Part shown: piece by piece, positions 52,726 through 63,349 of the stretch
Numbering within the stretch: the stretch's first letter is position 1
Layout of the letters: each line of letters starts with the position of its first letter
From: an uncultured bacterium
GTDB lineage: Bacteria; Patescibacteriota; Minisyncoccia; Phycocordibacterales; GWA1-40-21
Direction of reading: 5' to 3'
NCBI GenBank assembly: GCA_963716205.1
Contig: OY970290.1
Coordinates: 108,906-172,905, forward strand
DNA length: 64,000 bases
Position numbers and translations under genes: made by a program
The notes under the pieces: generated by a model
Databases searched by the model: none
What the model was told of the DNA's origin: nothing
Seen by the model: the letters and a program-made list of their open reading frames with translations, nothing else

Positions 52726-53688
52726 TTATCTTATGTATTTTCCAATATTTTTTTCATTGTCGAATGTAAGATTGATGCCGTCAAAGAATGCCCGTATCAA
52801 TATTTTCGATCGTTCAACGGTGAATGTATGTATCCCCAGTTTTATAAAAGCATAAGCGATTTTCATTGAGATTCCAAACATGCCGTTGACACAGAGGGAT
52901 AATTTCGTTTGCGACTTTGTCATTAATGCCAGAGCATATCGATTCCTTGTCATGAAAAATAATTTAACCGAACTTACATTTTTATCAAAAGATGCCAGAG
53001 GAGACAAGATATCAGAAAACGTGTGGTCAATATCATCAATCATCGGCTGATAGGTTTTATATGTCGTGTAACCACTCTCGTTTATTCTGAAGAAGTATTC
53101 AGTATCATCGGCATACAAATAAAACGGTTCAAAAGGGGGATCCGTTTTTTCAATGGCCTTAAAAGGCATAAAAGTGCCGCCATATCGGAAGGCACCGCAC
53201 GGAAGATGTATAACTGGCTGGAAAACGCCGTTTTCTTTTCTTTTCTTAAATTTAAAATAATTTATTTTAAAAATTTCTTTTTTCGATACGGGGCGTGCCG
53301 AATTAAAATTATCATTGCGATTTGCCCGTAAAATGACATTCTCTTTGCCAGGGAAGTAGTTTAATATGTGTATAAAATAATCTGACCAGTTATTTTCAAT
53401 AACATTATCATCGTCGAGGAATAATACATAATCGCTTTTATTTTTTATAGCTTCAAGAATTCCTGCCCGAAAGCCGCCAGCAGAACCGCGATTTTCCTTG
53501 TGCCTGACCAAAATGATTTTCTTCTTTTGATCATTTTTTATATACGCGTCTATTTCAGCGCCATTTTCTGAACCGTTATCGACCAAAATAATTTTATCGA
53601 CACGGCTGTCGGAAATTACCGCATTGAGCGTTTTTTCCAAAAACACGAATCTTTTTCCGTATGTCACTGTTATGACGTTTATTTTCAT
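52726..53688 (-). CDS. glycosyltransferase family 2
   Basis: INVITVTYGKRFVFLEKTLNAVISDSRVDKIILVDNGSENG...FLDDDNV (DxD motif). Confidence 0.7.
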   Translation of the reverse strand: MKINVITVTYGKRFVFLEKTLNAVISDSRVDKIILVDNGSENGAEIDAYIKNDQKKKIILVRHKENRGSAGGFRAGILEAIKNKSDYVLFLDDDNVIENNWSDYFIHILNYFPGKENVILRANRNDNFNSARPVSKKEIFKINYFKFKKRKENGVFQPVIHLPCGAFRYGGTFMPFKAIEKTDPPFEPFYLYADDTEYFFRINESGYTTYKTYQPMIDDIDHTFSDILSPLASFDKNVSSVKLFFMTRNRYALALMTKSQTKLSLCVNGMFGISMKIAYAFIKLGIHTFTVERSKILIRAFFDGINLTFDNEKNIGKYIR

Positions 53689-53720
53689 TAAATTATTTTA
53701 ATCTGTTGACTACAAAAACT

Positions 53721-54683
53721 TCACGGCAAAAGCTGCTTAAATAATCGGACTATTTTTCTCATGGCGTTTTTTCCATGCGATAAAAATATATAGCTGTAAT
53801 ATATCAAGGCATATCCGGCGTCCCCGAATGATAATAAAAGATAGATGCATCTCACCAGCAAATTATTCGGGTTAATTTCAAATGATTTTTTCACATAGAA
53901 TTCCACTTTATCTTTTTTGTCATCGATAATAAACTGTCTGCCAAGATGAAAAAGCAATTTTGCATTATGTTTGAATTCAGCATGCTTATTGAGGATAATT
54001 TCAGCTTCCAAAAGCAGCTGGAGCTGATTAAAATTTTTCGTTATATTTGTCCTATGAATGTAGTAATTAAAAAGCGGATAATCAACGAAATCAAATTCGT
54101 AATTCTTTGATACTCGTATCCACATATCCCAATCATCCAAATATTTTAATTTCGTATCAAATGCACCGGTTTGAATCAAAGCTTCCTTTTTAATTAAAAT
54201 ATTTGTACAGCTCCAAATAAAATTTCCTGCTAAAATCGTATTAAAAACCTTACCGCTATATTTTATTTTATATTCAGTCTTTTTAATCTTATCTTTGCCT
54301 ACCGTTTCAATAATAGTCGCATTGCAGCCGACAAAGCCAACATTGGCAAAATTTGTTTTTTCAAACACCAAAAGCTGTTTTTCTAATTTTTCAGCCAGCC
54401 ACTCGTCATCCGAATCTAAAAAAGCGATAAATTCTCCCGCCGCTTTCTCTACGCCGACATTTCTGGGATTGGCAGGACCTCCAGAATTCTTTTGCCATAT
54501 ATATGCAATCCTAGCATCTTTTTCAATGAATTGATCCACCACTTTTTTTGTATCGTCAGTGGAACCGTCGTCTATAATAAGCAGCTCAAAATTTTTAAAG
54601 GTTTGATTCAAAACGCTGCTGATCGCTCGCGGTAATAAATCAGCTCTGTTATATGTTGGTATGATAACTGAAACTTTTGGCAT
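53721..54683 (-). CDS. glycosyltransferase family 2 (paralogue of 51782..52711)
   Basis: VSVIIPTYNRADLLPRAISSVLNQTFKNFELLIIDDGSTDDT...FLDSDDEW. Confidence 0.8.
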   Translation of the reverse strand: MPKVSVIIPTYNRADLLPRAISSVLNQTFKNFELLIIDDGSTDDTKKVVDQFIEKDARIAYIWQKNSGGPANPRNVGVEKAAGEFIAFLDSDDEWLAEKLEKQLLVFEKTNFANVGFVGCNATIIETVGKDKIKKTEYKIKYSGKVFNTILAGNFIWSCTNILIKKEALIQTGAFDTKLKYLDDWDMWIRVSKNYEFDFVDYPLFNYYIHRTNITKNFNQLQLLLEAEIILNKHAEFKHNAKLLFHLGRQFIIDDKKDKVEFYVKKSFEINPNNLLVRCIYLLLSFGDAGYALIYYSYIFLSHGKNAMRKIVRLFKQLLP

Positions 54684-54692
54684 GATGTTTTT

Positions 54693-55514
54693 TCATTTTT
54701 TATCGTTGATAACCATTATCAGGTTTTCTTTACTATTGACTCCGTAGGTAAAGCACTCGTTATCACTGAATACACTTTTGTTTTGTATGATATTTAAGCT
54801 AAAATATTTTGACAATTCATCAAAAAATTGCCGTTTCGACACCACACGCACATGATCTTCCTGTCCATAAAATAATAATCTCAATTCATCAGTATTGATA
54901 TTGCGATCTTCAAAATGATTGTAGAGCAATTCTGAATACGGCGTCTGCAAAATCGCAATTCCGCCTTTCTTCAAAACCCTTGATATTTCTTCCAAGGCCT
55001 GCACATAATCAGGAACATGCTCAAGGACATGATTGCAAATTAATATGTCAAAGTGATCATCTTTAAAATCTATTTTTGTAATATCAATTTTCTTCCAATC
55101 ATCTTGCCTTGGAAACAAATCACATTTAATATACTCTTTTGGCGCGAGTTGTCCAATTTTCCGGGTTAATGGATTTTCAGGGGCAAAATGCAGAATTTTT
55201 GCGTTTTCAAATTTATCCCAGAAAGACAGCTTATCGAAAAACATAAATAGATGCCTGTCCCTGTCGTTGCAGTAGCAATAATGGCAGCCGAAATTTTCCA
55301 TATCGCTGTCAACCATCTGTAAATATTTCGTTATTTTTTTGTTTTTGTTATCGGTACGAAATTTGTAAAAATATCTGAATTGTTCACCGCAGATGTAGCA
55401 CTTTTTTGTCTTTATTTGTTTATTTATTGCAAGAAAATACGGCTTTGCAATTCTTTTGGCTGTTTTTTTGAAAGATTCGAATATATTTTTCATTTTATTT
55501 TCCATTTTTAGCAA
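54693..55514 (-). CDS. SAM-dependent methyltransferase (Methyltransf_11-like) with an N-terminal Cys-rich zinc-ribbon-like segment
   Basis: KCYICGEQF...FGCHYCYCNDRDRH, followed by DILICNHVLEHVPDYVQALEEISRVLKKGGIAIL. Confidence 0.6.
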   Translation of the reverse strand: MLKMENKMKNIFESFKKTAKRIAKPYFLAINKQIKTKKCYICGEQFRYFYKFRTDNKNKKITKYLQMVDSDMENFGCHYCYCNDRDRHLFMFFDKLSFWDKFENAKILHFAPENPLTRKIGQLAPKEYIKCDLFPRQDDWKKIDITKIDFKDDHFDILICNHVLEHVPDYVQALEEISRVLKKGGIAILQTPYSELLYNHFEDRNINTDELRLLFYGQEDHVRVVSKRQFFDELSKYFSLNIIQNKSVFSDNECFTYGVNSKENLIMVINDKK

Positions 55515-56469
55515 CGGTGCTTGTTATCCATAATTTCATTTTTGGCAGGTTAAAAAACATGTAGGGAATTGATATATAATAGCAGATTGTGAAGACAAAC
55601 AGTATCAGGGGATCTTCCTTGTAATAGTTGAATATTTTTCGGTATTTGTTTTTAGATTCGAAATAATACTTTTTTGGCCAAAGAGCTATATTCACGAGCA
55701 TTGGCCGTATAAAATGCATCAATAATTTCCTTTTTTCCTTTTTGAAAGTTTTCTTTGCAAGTTTTCCGCTCTTCACTTGTTCGGTCAAAAGAAAAATATA
55801 GTTGTCTAAAAATACTTCGAGCAAATCATAACCGCCCTTTGTGCTTGGATGGATGGATTCAAATAATTTTTCATTATCAACGAATATCGATTTTCCGGAA
55901 TTGATTAATCCAAACATAACTTCCATGTGAGGAAATCGCAATGTTGCTCGCCTGCTGAAATTTTTTATTTTTGCAAAATCTTCCCTCCAGATTCCAAATG
56001 TCGGCATCCATGTCGCATAGAAAGATACATGCTGTATGAATGAATCAAGATTATCAATCAAACGAGTATTGAAATTCTTAAAAATACCGTTTGAGAAAAA
56101 TAAAATATTTTTTTTAATCTGATTTTCATATATGATTTCGATCATGGCATCAAGCGATCCATCAATATGTTTCAATGTGTCGTTGTTTAATTTCAGAAAT
56201 ACTCCTTTTCCATACGACAGAGATTTTTCCAAATTTGCGTCCACAATATTTGATTCATTTTTATAATACCTGACTTTTTCACCGTATAGTTGTATATAAT
56301 CAGACACTATTTTTTCTGTCTCGTCTCCGGAACAATCGTCAGATATTATTATTTCCACATCATTCGTTTCCGTAAATCTTTTTTGATTCGCGACGGAAAA
56401 AATAACCTCTTTCAAATACATCGGTCTTTTATAGGTCGGAATGCAAATGCTTAATAACGGATCGTTCAT
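55495..56469 (-). CDS. glycosyltransferase family 2
   Basis: LSICIPTYKRPMYLKEVIFSVANQ...EIIISDDCSGDETEKIV. Confidence 0.7.
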   Translation of the reverse strand: MNDPLLSICIPTYKRPMYLKEVIFSVANQKRFTETNDVEIIISDDCSGDETEKIVSDYIQLYGEKVRYYKNESNIVDANLEKSLSYGKGVFLKLNNDTLKHIDGSLDAMIEIIYENQIKKNILFFSNGIFKNFNTRLIDNLDSFIQHVSFYATWMPTFGIWREDFAKIKNFSRRATLRFPHMEVMFGLINSGKSIFVDNEKLFESIHPSTKGGYDLLEVFLDNYIFLLTEQVKSGKLAKKTFKKEKRKLLMHFIRPMLVNIALWPKKYYFESKNKYRKIFNYYKEDPLILFVFTICYYISIPYMFFNLPKMKLWITSTVAKNGK

Positions 56470-56473
56470 GATT

Positions 56474-57772
56474 TTAATTTTTCAAAAATATTCTTTTCAT
56501 ATCATGCCGTGTTTGTTTGAACAACAACAATGCAAGCGGACCGAGCGAATATGAAATGAGCGTCGCGTAAGCAGAGCCGATGATTCCATATCTTGGTATC
56601 CAGAGAATGTTCAATGTAACATTTATTATCATGGGTATAAAGGTTCTAAAAACCAAAACTTTTCTGTTATTTCCGGCTATGAGATACGTGTCGGTCAATG
56701 TCGATAAAAAGGTGCCTACCAAGGCCCAAATATATATTTGCAAAATTACGCTTGCGCCCATGAATGCAGGACCATAAATCAAATGGATGAGAAATGGCGA
56801 GAGTATCGTCATAACGAATGATATGCCAATCGCGAGCGCAAGAAGCAGATACGAAAGTTTTTTCAATCTTGCATGATACAGTTCTTCCGAAGTCTTTTTT
56901 GCATTTATAATAGCGGGGAATAATGATGAAACAAGAATGGTCGGCACAAAACCCCACACTTCCGCAAGTATGACTGCAACACTATAGATACCAACGGGTT
57001 TTGCACCGAGCATATTTTTGATAAGAACTTGATCTATTCGTGCATAAATCAAACAAAAAGCGCCGGTAAATATAAGCGGCCACGAATCGATCAATAATTT
57101 TTTCGCTATAGCTCCGTCAAATTTCCATGAAAATAATTTTCCCTCTATTTTTTTCTCGTAGAAGAACCAATACAGCATTGCATATAATACTGATCCGAAC
57201 AGAGTGACAAAAGCCAGATAGATGACGCCTTTGCCGCTCAATATGACTGTGACCTCAAGCGCATTGATTACAAAATTCACGATTGAAGAGATGATGGACG
57301 GATATTTTGATTTTACCTGCGACTGGAATTCAAAATTGATTATCTGGAAAGCGTTAAAGATAAAAGTTCCCGAAAGTATGACGATAAGTATTTTTGACAC
57401 ATCATCTTGCGCGAAAAAAATTGCAAAAATGCAAACAAGGATTGCTGTAATGAAACCAGCCATTAGTTTGATCATAAGAGCGGAACCAAGATACTCTTTC
57501 TTTTTTTCAGGGTATTTGATGAGCTCTCTATACAGGATGCTGTCGATGCCAAGTGTTGCCAAAACGGAAAAAATACTGATAAAGCTCAATGCATAGCTTA
57601 ATTGTCCGAAATTTCCCGGTCCCAATCTTCTGGCAATGATGATCGTTGCAAAAAAAGACAACACCATGCTGAATATTTGAGCGCCAAACATCCAACCGGT
57701 GTTTTGGAAATATTTTTGGAATCCGATATCTCGCCACTTTGCTTTTATATAAGCCATATGTGCATTCTCCAT
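56474..57772 (-). CDS. Wzx-type oligosaccharide flippase (MOP superfamily polysaccharide biosynthesis protein)
   Basis: 432 aa with about 12 predicted transmembrane helices. It is the first gene of the minus-strand glycan cluster. Confidence 0.65.
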   Translation of the reverse strand: MENAHMAYIKAKWRDIGFQKYFQNTGWMFGAQIFSMVLSFFATIIIARRLGPGNFGQLSYALSFISIFSVLATLGIDSILYRELIKYPEKKKEYLGSALMIKLMAGFITAILVCIFAIFFAQDDVSKILIVILSGTFIFNAFQIINFEFQSQVKSKYPSIISSIVNFVINALEVTVILSGKGVIYLAFVTLFGSVLYAMLYWFFYEKKIEGKLFSWKFDGAIAKKLLIDSWPLIFTGAFCLIYARIDQVLIKNMLGAKPVGIYSVAVILAEVWGFVPTILVSSLFPAIINAKKTSEELYHARLKKLSYLLLALAIGISFVMTILSPFLIHLIYGPAFMGASVILQIYIWALVGTFLSTLTDTYLIAGNNRKVLVFRTFIPMIINVTLNILWIPRYGIIGSAYATLISYSLGPLALLLFKQTRHDMKRIFLKN

Positions 57773-57839
57773 AATCCGTAATAGCTTAGCATTTTTGTGT
57801 TACAATAGCATCTGTAAAAAACGGAACAATTTTCATCAA

Positions 57840-58442
57840 ATGGACATCAATAAACTCAAATCCAACAAATTTTTGAGATGGTTATTTCGCAAACCGGCAT
57901 TTTTTACTGCGGATAATACAAAAATAAAAGGCGTTGAAATAGGCGCTTTCACTTATGGCGTTCCAATCATCGGCAAAGTGACGGATACTTACAGTTTGAA
58001 AATCGGCAGATTCTGCTCAATTGCCGACAATGTAAGAATTTTTGTCGACAGCGATCATAATCCCGATTCCATTTCAACATATCCTTTTGCAAACATATTT
58101 AAAGATATTCCGGAAATAAGCGGCAGATACACCGGCAACGGCAATATGGAGATTGGCAACGATGTATGGATAGGATCAAGCGTCTTAATTCTTCCGGGCG
58201 TTACCATTGGCGACGGTGCTATTGTCGGAGCAGGTTCCATCGTTACAAAAAATATTGAAGATTATGAAATTGTCGGCGGCAATCCAGCCAAGCATATCAG
58301 GCATAGATTTAGTCCGGAACAAATCAAATCTTTGAAAAAAATTGCCTGGTGGAATTGGGATTTGCAGAAAATTAAAAAAGATGTGCCGTTATTGTTGTCA
58401 GAAAATATAGACGAATTTATCAAAAAGCATGAAATAAATTAG
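57840..58442 (+). CDS. hexapeptide-repeat acetyltransferase (Vat/CatB xenobiotic/sugar O-acetyltransferase family)
   Basis: Left-handed beta-helix hexapeptide repeats (IGNDVWIGSSVLILPGVTIGDGAIVGAGSIVTKNIEDYEIVGGNPAKHI). The track ORF starts at 57795. ATG 57840 (MDINKL...) follows a TACAAT box. Confidence 0.65.
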   Translation: MDINKLKSNKFLRWLFRKPAFFTADNTKIKGVEIGAFTYGVPIIGKVTDTYSLKIGRFCSIADNVRIFVDSDHNPDSISTYPFANIFKDIPEISGRYTGNGNMEIGNDVWIGSSVLILPGVTIGDGAIVGAGSIVTKNIEDYEIVGGNPAKHIRHRFSPEQIKSLKKIAWWNWDLQKIKKDVPLLLSENIDEFIKKHEIN

Positions 58443-58503
58443 CAAAACCTTTTTATTTTTTTATGCTATAATCAAAAGCATTAAAATTTAATCACGAATT
58501 ATC

Positions 58504-60633
58504 ATGAATATGAAAAATGTTTCCAGATATGTTATTTTTATCGGCCTATGGTCGGTACTTCTCATTCCGTTTTATGTGGCGACCAGCATGTTTTTTCCGT
58601 TTATTTCCGGAAAAAACTTTGCGTTCAGAATCATCATTGAAATTATGTTCGCTCTCTGGGTATATCTCGCATATATAGATGTAAAGTATCGCCCGAAGCT
58701 CTCATGGCTTTTGAAAACAATCGGAATTTTTGTCATTGTCATGCTTATCGCGGATATTTTTGCCGTCAATCCGATGAAAGCACTGTGGAGCAATTACGAA
58801 AGAATGGACGGCTGGGTGACGATCATTCACATGTTCATGTATTTCCTCGTGCTCGGCTCAATGATGAAGGCGGAGAAAATCTGGCTGTGGTTTTTCCGAT
58901 CATCCGTAGCTATGTCCGTGATCATGTTTATCATTGCAATCGGGGAATATTATTCCGGCGGTCCGACAAATACCATGACAACGCTCGGCAATACGATTTA
59001 TGTCGCGGTCTATTTTCTTTTTAACTTTTTCTTTACGCTCATTCTTTTGTATAAAGATGTGATCGTCAAATCTGCCGGCACGCTGGCATCTATCTTTAGT
59101 AAATGGCTGACGTATGTTTATTTGATTGCGGCGATACTCTTTGCATACGGAGTTTGGATAACGGGAACACGAGGAGCGATACTTGGTCTTATCGGCGGCT
59201 TGATCATGACGGCAGTCATCATCATTATTTTTGAGAAAGAAAACAAAATAATGAAAAAACTTTCCGTGGCTTTGATTGTGGCGATTGTTATCGTTGTCGG
59301 AGGATTTTTTGCCGTCAAGAATACGCAGTTTGTAAAAAAGAATTCGATTCTCAACAGTTTTGCCGTTATTTCTTGGAATAGCATCAACGGACAGGGTCAA
59401 GCCAGACAGCTTATCTGGCCGCTCGCAATCAAAGGTTTTCTTGAAAAACCGATCCTCGGCTGGGGGCAGGAAGGTTTCAATTATGTCTTCAATAAATATT
59501 ATGATCCAAGACTGTATAATCAAGAACAATGGTTTGATCGGGCTCACGACGAGCCGCTCGATATGCTTGTTGCCGGGGGCGCGCTCGGGCTTCTCGCATA
59601 TCTTTCCATGTTTGTCGCCGCAATATATCTTTTGTGGAAAAAGAAAAATGTGCTCGGAGTGACGGATGCCGCGCTTATCGTCGGACTTCTCGCAGGATAT
59701 TTTTTCCAAGGGCTGTTTGTGTTCGACAATCTTTTCAGTTACGTATTTTTCTACACAGTGCTCGCATATATTCATTCGCGTGATGTGGAAAGCGGGGTTC
59801 ACGTCGTTCCAGTCAAAAATCTTCCGAAAGAAAAAAATAACGATGAAATGGCAAATTATGTTGTCTTACCCGTTCTCATTATCGCGCTGTGTACATCGAT
59901 TTATTTTGCAAACATAAAGCCGATTGAAGCGAATCTTACTTTGATCCAGGCGATGCAGCAATATCAGCAAGGTCCGTCAGAAAATCTGCAGTATTTCAAA
60001 AATGCATTCGCATACAATACATTTGGCAGTCCGGAAATTCGCGAACAGCTTATCACGATTGCGGCGCAAGTCGCTTCGACGGCGAGCATTGATGCGACAA
60101 CAAAGCAGGATTTTGTGAATTATGCCTATAGCCAAATGCAGGAGCAGTTGAAAGAGACTCCGCTTGATGCAAGGTATTGGTTTTTCACCGGAACATTTCT
60201 GGACAACATAAATCAGTATCAATTGGCGATCCCGTTTTTGCAAAAAGCAATTTCTCTTTCGCCGACGAAACAGACGATGATGTTTGAATTGCAGAAAGCG
60301 TATTCATACACCGGGCAATATTCTCAAGCGCTTGCGATCGCCAAGCAGGCATATGAGCTTGATACGGACGATGCCGATGCGCAGTCAAGTTATCTTGCCG
60401 CTGCAATATTGAATAATGATACCGCGCTTGCCACCGAGCTCTGGGGAAATGCAACGACCACGACAAACAGCACGATTTTGCAGGCGTATCTAATTGAAGC
60501 ATCCACTGCGCTGCAGGGCGGAGATGAAAAGACGGCGATCGCCGATGTGCAAAAAGATATTGCAATTGATCCGACTTTTGCAAGCCAGGGAAATTCAATT
60601 ATCCAGCAAATCCAAAGTGGCGCGATAAAATAA
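58504..60633 (+). CDS. O-antigen ligase / Wzy-like polytopic membrane protein with a C-terminal TPR-repeat domain
   Basis: Multiple transmembrane helices. GTRGAILGLIGGLIM is the Wzy_C-type motif. A large loop follows, then a C-terminal TPR-like region of about 230 aa (LAIPFLQKAISLSPTK...YSQALAIAKQAYELDTDDADAQ). Confidence 0.65.
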   Translation: MNMKNVSRYVIFIGLWSVLLIPFYVATSMFFPFISGKNFAFRIIIEIMFALWVYLAYIDVKYRPKLSWLLKTIGIFVIVMLIADIFAVNPMKALWSNYERMDGWVTIIHMFMYFLVLGSMMKAEKIWLWFFRSSVAMSVIMFIIAIGEYYSGGPTNTMTTLGNTIYVAVYFLFNFFFTLILLYKDVIVKSAGTLASIFSKWLTYVYLIAAILFAYGVWITGTRGAILGLIGGLIMTAVIIIIFEKENKIMKKLSVALIVAIVIVVGGFFAVKNTQFVKKNSILNSFAVISWNSINGQGQARQLIWPLAIKGFLEKPILGWGQEGFNYVFNKYYDPRLYNQEQWFDRAHDEPLDMLVAGGALGLLAYLSMFVAAIYLLWKKKNVLGVTDAALIVGLLAGYFFQGLFVFDNLFSYVFFYTVLAYIHSRDVESGVHVVPVKNLPKEKNNDEMANYVVLPVLIIALCTSIYFANIKPIEANLTLIQAMQQYQQGPSENLQYFKNAFAYNTFGSPEIREQLITIAAQVASTASIDATTKQDFVNYAYSQMQEQLKETPLDARYWFFTGTFLDNINQYQLAIPFLQKAISLSPTKQTMMFELQKAYSYTGQYSQALAIAKQAYELDTDDADAQSSYLAAAILNNDTALATELWGNATTTTNSTILQAYLIEASTALQGGDEKTAIADVQKDIAIDPTFASQGNSIIQQIQSGAIK

Positions 60634-60656
60634 TTGATCGCATCCAGATGGAAAAT

Positions 60657-60684
60657 GAAAAAATCCGCTTCAAGCGGATTTTTT
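60657..60684 (+). terminator. rho-independent terminator
   Basis: AAAAATCCGCTTCAAGCGGATTTTTT. Confidence 0.7.
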
Positions 60685-60708
60685 CATTTTATGCTATGAT
60701 ATTTTCCT

Positions 60709-63195
60709 ATGTTTTTAGATAATATTTTCGGCACGAGATATGATAAAATCGTAAAAGAAATACGGCCAATTGTTGAGACAATCGGCTCTTTTGAGGCTGA
60801 TTTGGAAAAGCGTGCGGATGAAGATTTGCAGGCAAAAACGGCTGAATTCAAATCACGAATTGCAAAAGGAGAAAGTCTCGACGATATCTTGCCGGAAGCG
60901 TTTGCGACTGTCCGCGAAACGGCAAAAAGAACTTTAGGACAGAGGCATTTTGACGTGCAGATGATTGGCGGCATTATTTTACATCGAGGAAATATTTCCG
61001 AAATGAAAACTGGAGAAGGAAAAACGCTTGTGGCGACATTGCCGGTCTATCTCAATGCTCTCACAGGTTTTGGCGTCCATGTCATTACGGTCAACGATTA
61101 TCTTTCGCGCAGGGACGCTGTGTGGATGGGACAGATTTACAATGCACTCGGGCTTACCGTCGGCGTCATCAATCACGAAGCGTCATATCTGTATGATCCG
61201 GCGCACATATCATCGCCGCAGGAAGAAACGGAACTCGATAAAAAAAGGGATGAACTCGGATCGTTCAAAGTCGTGCATGAATTTCTACGACCGTGCACGC
61301 GCCGCGAAGCATACGCGGCAGATATCACATACGGAACGAATAATGAATTCGGTTTTGATTACCTGCGCGACAATATTGAATATAATGTCCTCAATCTCCG
61401 CCAGCGCGAATATAATTTTGCAATTGTCGATGAAGTCGATTCCATTTTGATCGATGAGGCGAGAACACCGCTCATTATTTCCGCTCCGACCGCGGACTCG
61501 GAAACTTTGTATGATACGTTTACGAAAATTGTAAGGGGTTTTGTGCGTGACGAGGATTTTACCGTTGATGAAAAAAGAAAAGCGATCGAGCTTACCGATA
61601 GTGGCATTAACAAAGCCGAAAAAGCGCTCGGTGTGGAAAATATTTATACCGAAGGCGGCATCAAATACGTTCATTATCTGCAGACGGCAGTCCGCGCAAA
61701 AGCACTTTTTGAACTGAACAAAGATTACGTGGTCAAGGACGGCGAGATTGTCATTGTCGATGAATTTACCGGCAGACTTCAGCCAGGCAGGCGATGGTCC
61801 GAAGGGTTGCATCAGGCTATCGAATCCAAAGAAGGTGTCAAAGTGCAGAAAGAATCAAGGACTTTTGCGTCAATCACATTCCAGAATTATTTCAGGATGT
61901 ATAAAAAGATCGCCGGCATGACGGGAACCGCACTCACCTCGAGCGAAGAATTTTTCAAGGTCTATCACATGGATACCATTCCGGTGCCGACCAACGTTCC
62001 CGTTGCGCGAAAAGATTTCAATGATTTGATCTTCCAGACGGAGCAGGGTAAATTCAAAGCGTTGGCGCGAATGATCAAAGAAAAGAATAAAGCCGGACAG
62101 CCGGTGCTCATTGGCACGGTCTCAATAGAAAAAAATGAAATCTTTTCCGAATTTTTGAAACGGGAAGGAATTCCGCACAATCTTTTGAATGCAAAAAATC
62201 ACGAACGCGAAGGCGAGATCACCGCTCAAGCAGGAAAGCTCGGCGCGGTCACTGTCGCCACCAACATGGCGGGCAGAGGAGTCGACATCAAGCTCGGCGG
62301 AATGCCATTTGACCAGAGCCAATATGAAAAAGTCAAAGCGCTCGGCGGACTATGCGTTTTCGGCACCGAACGCCACGATGCACGGAGAATTGACAATCAA
62401 TTGCGGGGCCGCGCAGGCAGGCAAGGCGATCCGGGAGAAACGAGATTTTTCGTTTCGCTTGAGGATTCGCTCATGCGGATTTTTGCGAGCGATACAGTGA
62501 AAAAATTGATGAACCGATTCGGCATACCGGAAGACGAGCCGATAGAAAATTCTCTCATCACGCGATCACTTGAAGGCGCACAAACCAAAATCGAAGGATT
62601 TAATTTTGATACTCGAAAGCAGGTACTGGAGTACGACGATGTTTTGAATTTTCAGAGAAAAACGATTTATGAAAGGCGAAGGAAAATTCTGCTTGCCGAT
62701 ATTGCTTTCATCAAAGAAAGACTCACTGAAATCATAGTTGATGAAAATTCTCAGAAAATAATTGCGGAGAAAATTTCTGTGCTTGGTGAGGAAGAATTTT
62801 ATCGTATCGTGCGCATTACCATGCTACAAGCTATTGATATGTTCTGGGTTGATCATTTGGAAATAATGGATTATTTGCGTGGCTCAGTGAATTTGCGCGC
62901 CTACGGCCAACGAGATCCGCTTGTGGAGTATAAAAGAGAAGGATTGAGATTATTCAAAGATATGCAGGAAGCGACGAATACTCAGATTATTAATTTACTA
63001 CCGCATATTGGAGCTGGAGCATTTCAGGCAGCAGAAGCAAAGCTCAAAGAAACCCAAAAACACATGAAGGAAGCTGGCGCGGAGGGTAAATCTGATAATC
63101 AGTCGAGCATAACATCAAAGAAAGAAAAAATTGGCAGAAATGATCCTTGTCCATGCGGTTCAGGGAAAAAATATAAGAATTGTCACGGAAAATAG
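60709..63195 (+). CDS. secA: preprotein translocase ATPase SecA
   Basis: 828 aa with DEAD-like motor motifs (MKTGEGKTLVATLP, DEVDSILIDEARTPLIIS, TNMAGRGVDIKLGG) and a C-terminal zinc finger (CPCGSGKKYKNCHG). Confidence 0.9.
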   Translation: MFLDNIFGTRYDKIVKEIRPIVETIGSFEADLEKRADEDLQAKTAEFKSRIAKGESLDDILPEAFATVRETAKRTLGQRHFDVQMIGGIILHRGNISEMKTGEGKTLVATLPVYLNALTGFGVHVITVNDYLSRRDAVWMGQIYNALGLTVGVINHEASYLYDPAHISSPQEETELDKKRDELGSFKVVHEFLRPCTRREAYAADITYGTNNEFGFDYLRDNIEYNVLNLRQREYNFAIVDEVDSILIDEARTPLIISAPTADSETLYDTFTKIVRGFVRDEDFTVDEKRKAIELTDSGINKAEKALGVENIYTEGGIKYVHYLQTAVRAKALFELNKDYVVKDGEIVIVDEFTGRLQPGRRWSEGLHQAIESKEGVKVQKESRTFASITFQNYFRMYKKIAGMTGTALTSSEEFFKVYHMDTIPVPTNVPVARKDFNDLIFQTEQGKFKALARMIKEKNKAGQPVLIGTVSIEKNEIFSEFLKREGIPHNLLNAKNHEREGEITAQAGKLGAVTVATNMAGRGVDIKLGGMPFDQSQYEKVKALGGLCVFGTERHDARRIDNQLRGRAGRQGDPGETRFFVSLEDSLMRIFASDTVKKLMNRFGIPEDEPIENSLITRSLEGAQTKIEGFNFDTRKQVLEYDDVLNFQRKTIYERRRKILLADIAFIKERLTEIIVDENSQKIIAEKISVLGEEEFYRIVRITMLQAIDMFWVDHLEIMDYLRGSVNLRAYGQRDPLVEYKREGLRLFKDMQEATNTQIINLLPHIGAGAFQAAEAKLKETQKHMKEAGAEGKSDNQSSITSKKEKIGRNDPCPCGSGKKYKNCHGK

Positions 63196-63197
63196 TT

Positions 63198-63347
63198 ATG
63201 AAAAAATCTTCCCAAAAATCAATTGAACATCTTCACCATTTCCACTGTGTTTATTGCAGAAAGTGGTGGACAATTGGCGATGCGCCAAAATTAAAAAGAA
63301 TGTGGTGGTGCCCGTGGTGCGGAAAAGAAAATAAATTGAAAAAATAA
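63198..63347 (+). CDS. small zinc-ribbon protein (49 aa)
   Basis: MKKSSQKSIEHLHHFHCVYCRKWWTIGDAPKLKRMWWCPWCGKENKLKK contains two CxxC pairs. It starts 2 nt after the secA stop. Not in the ORF track. Confidence 0.35.
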   Translation: MKKSSQKSIEHLHHFHCVYCRKWWTIGDAPKLKRMWWCPWCGKENKLKK

Positions 63348-63349
63348 AC

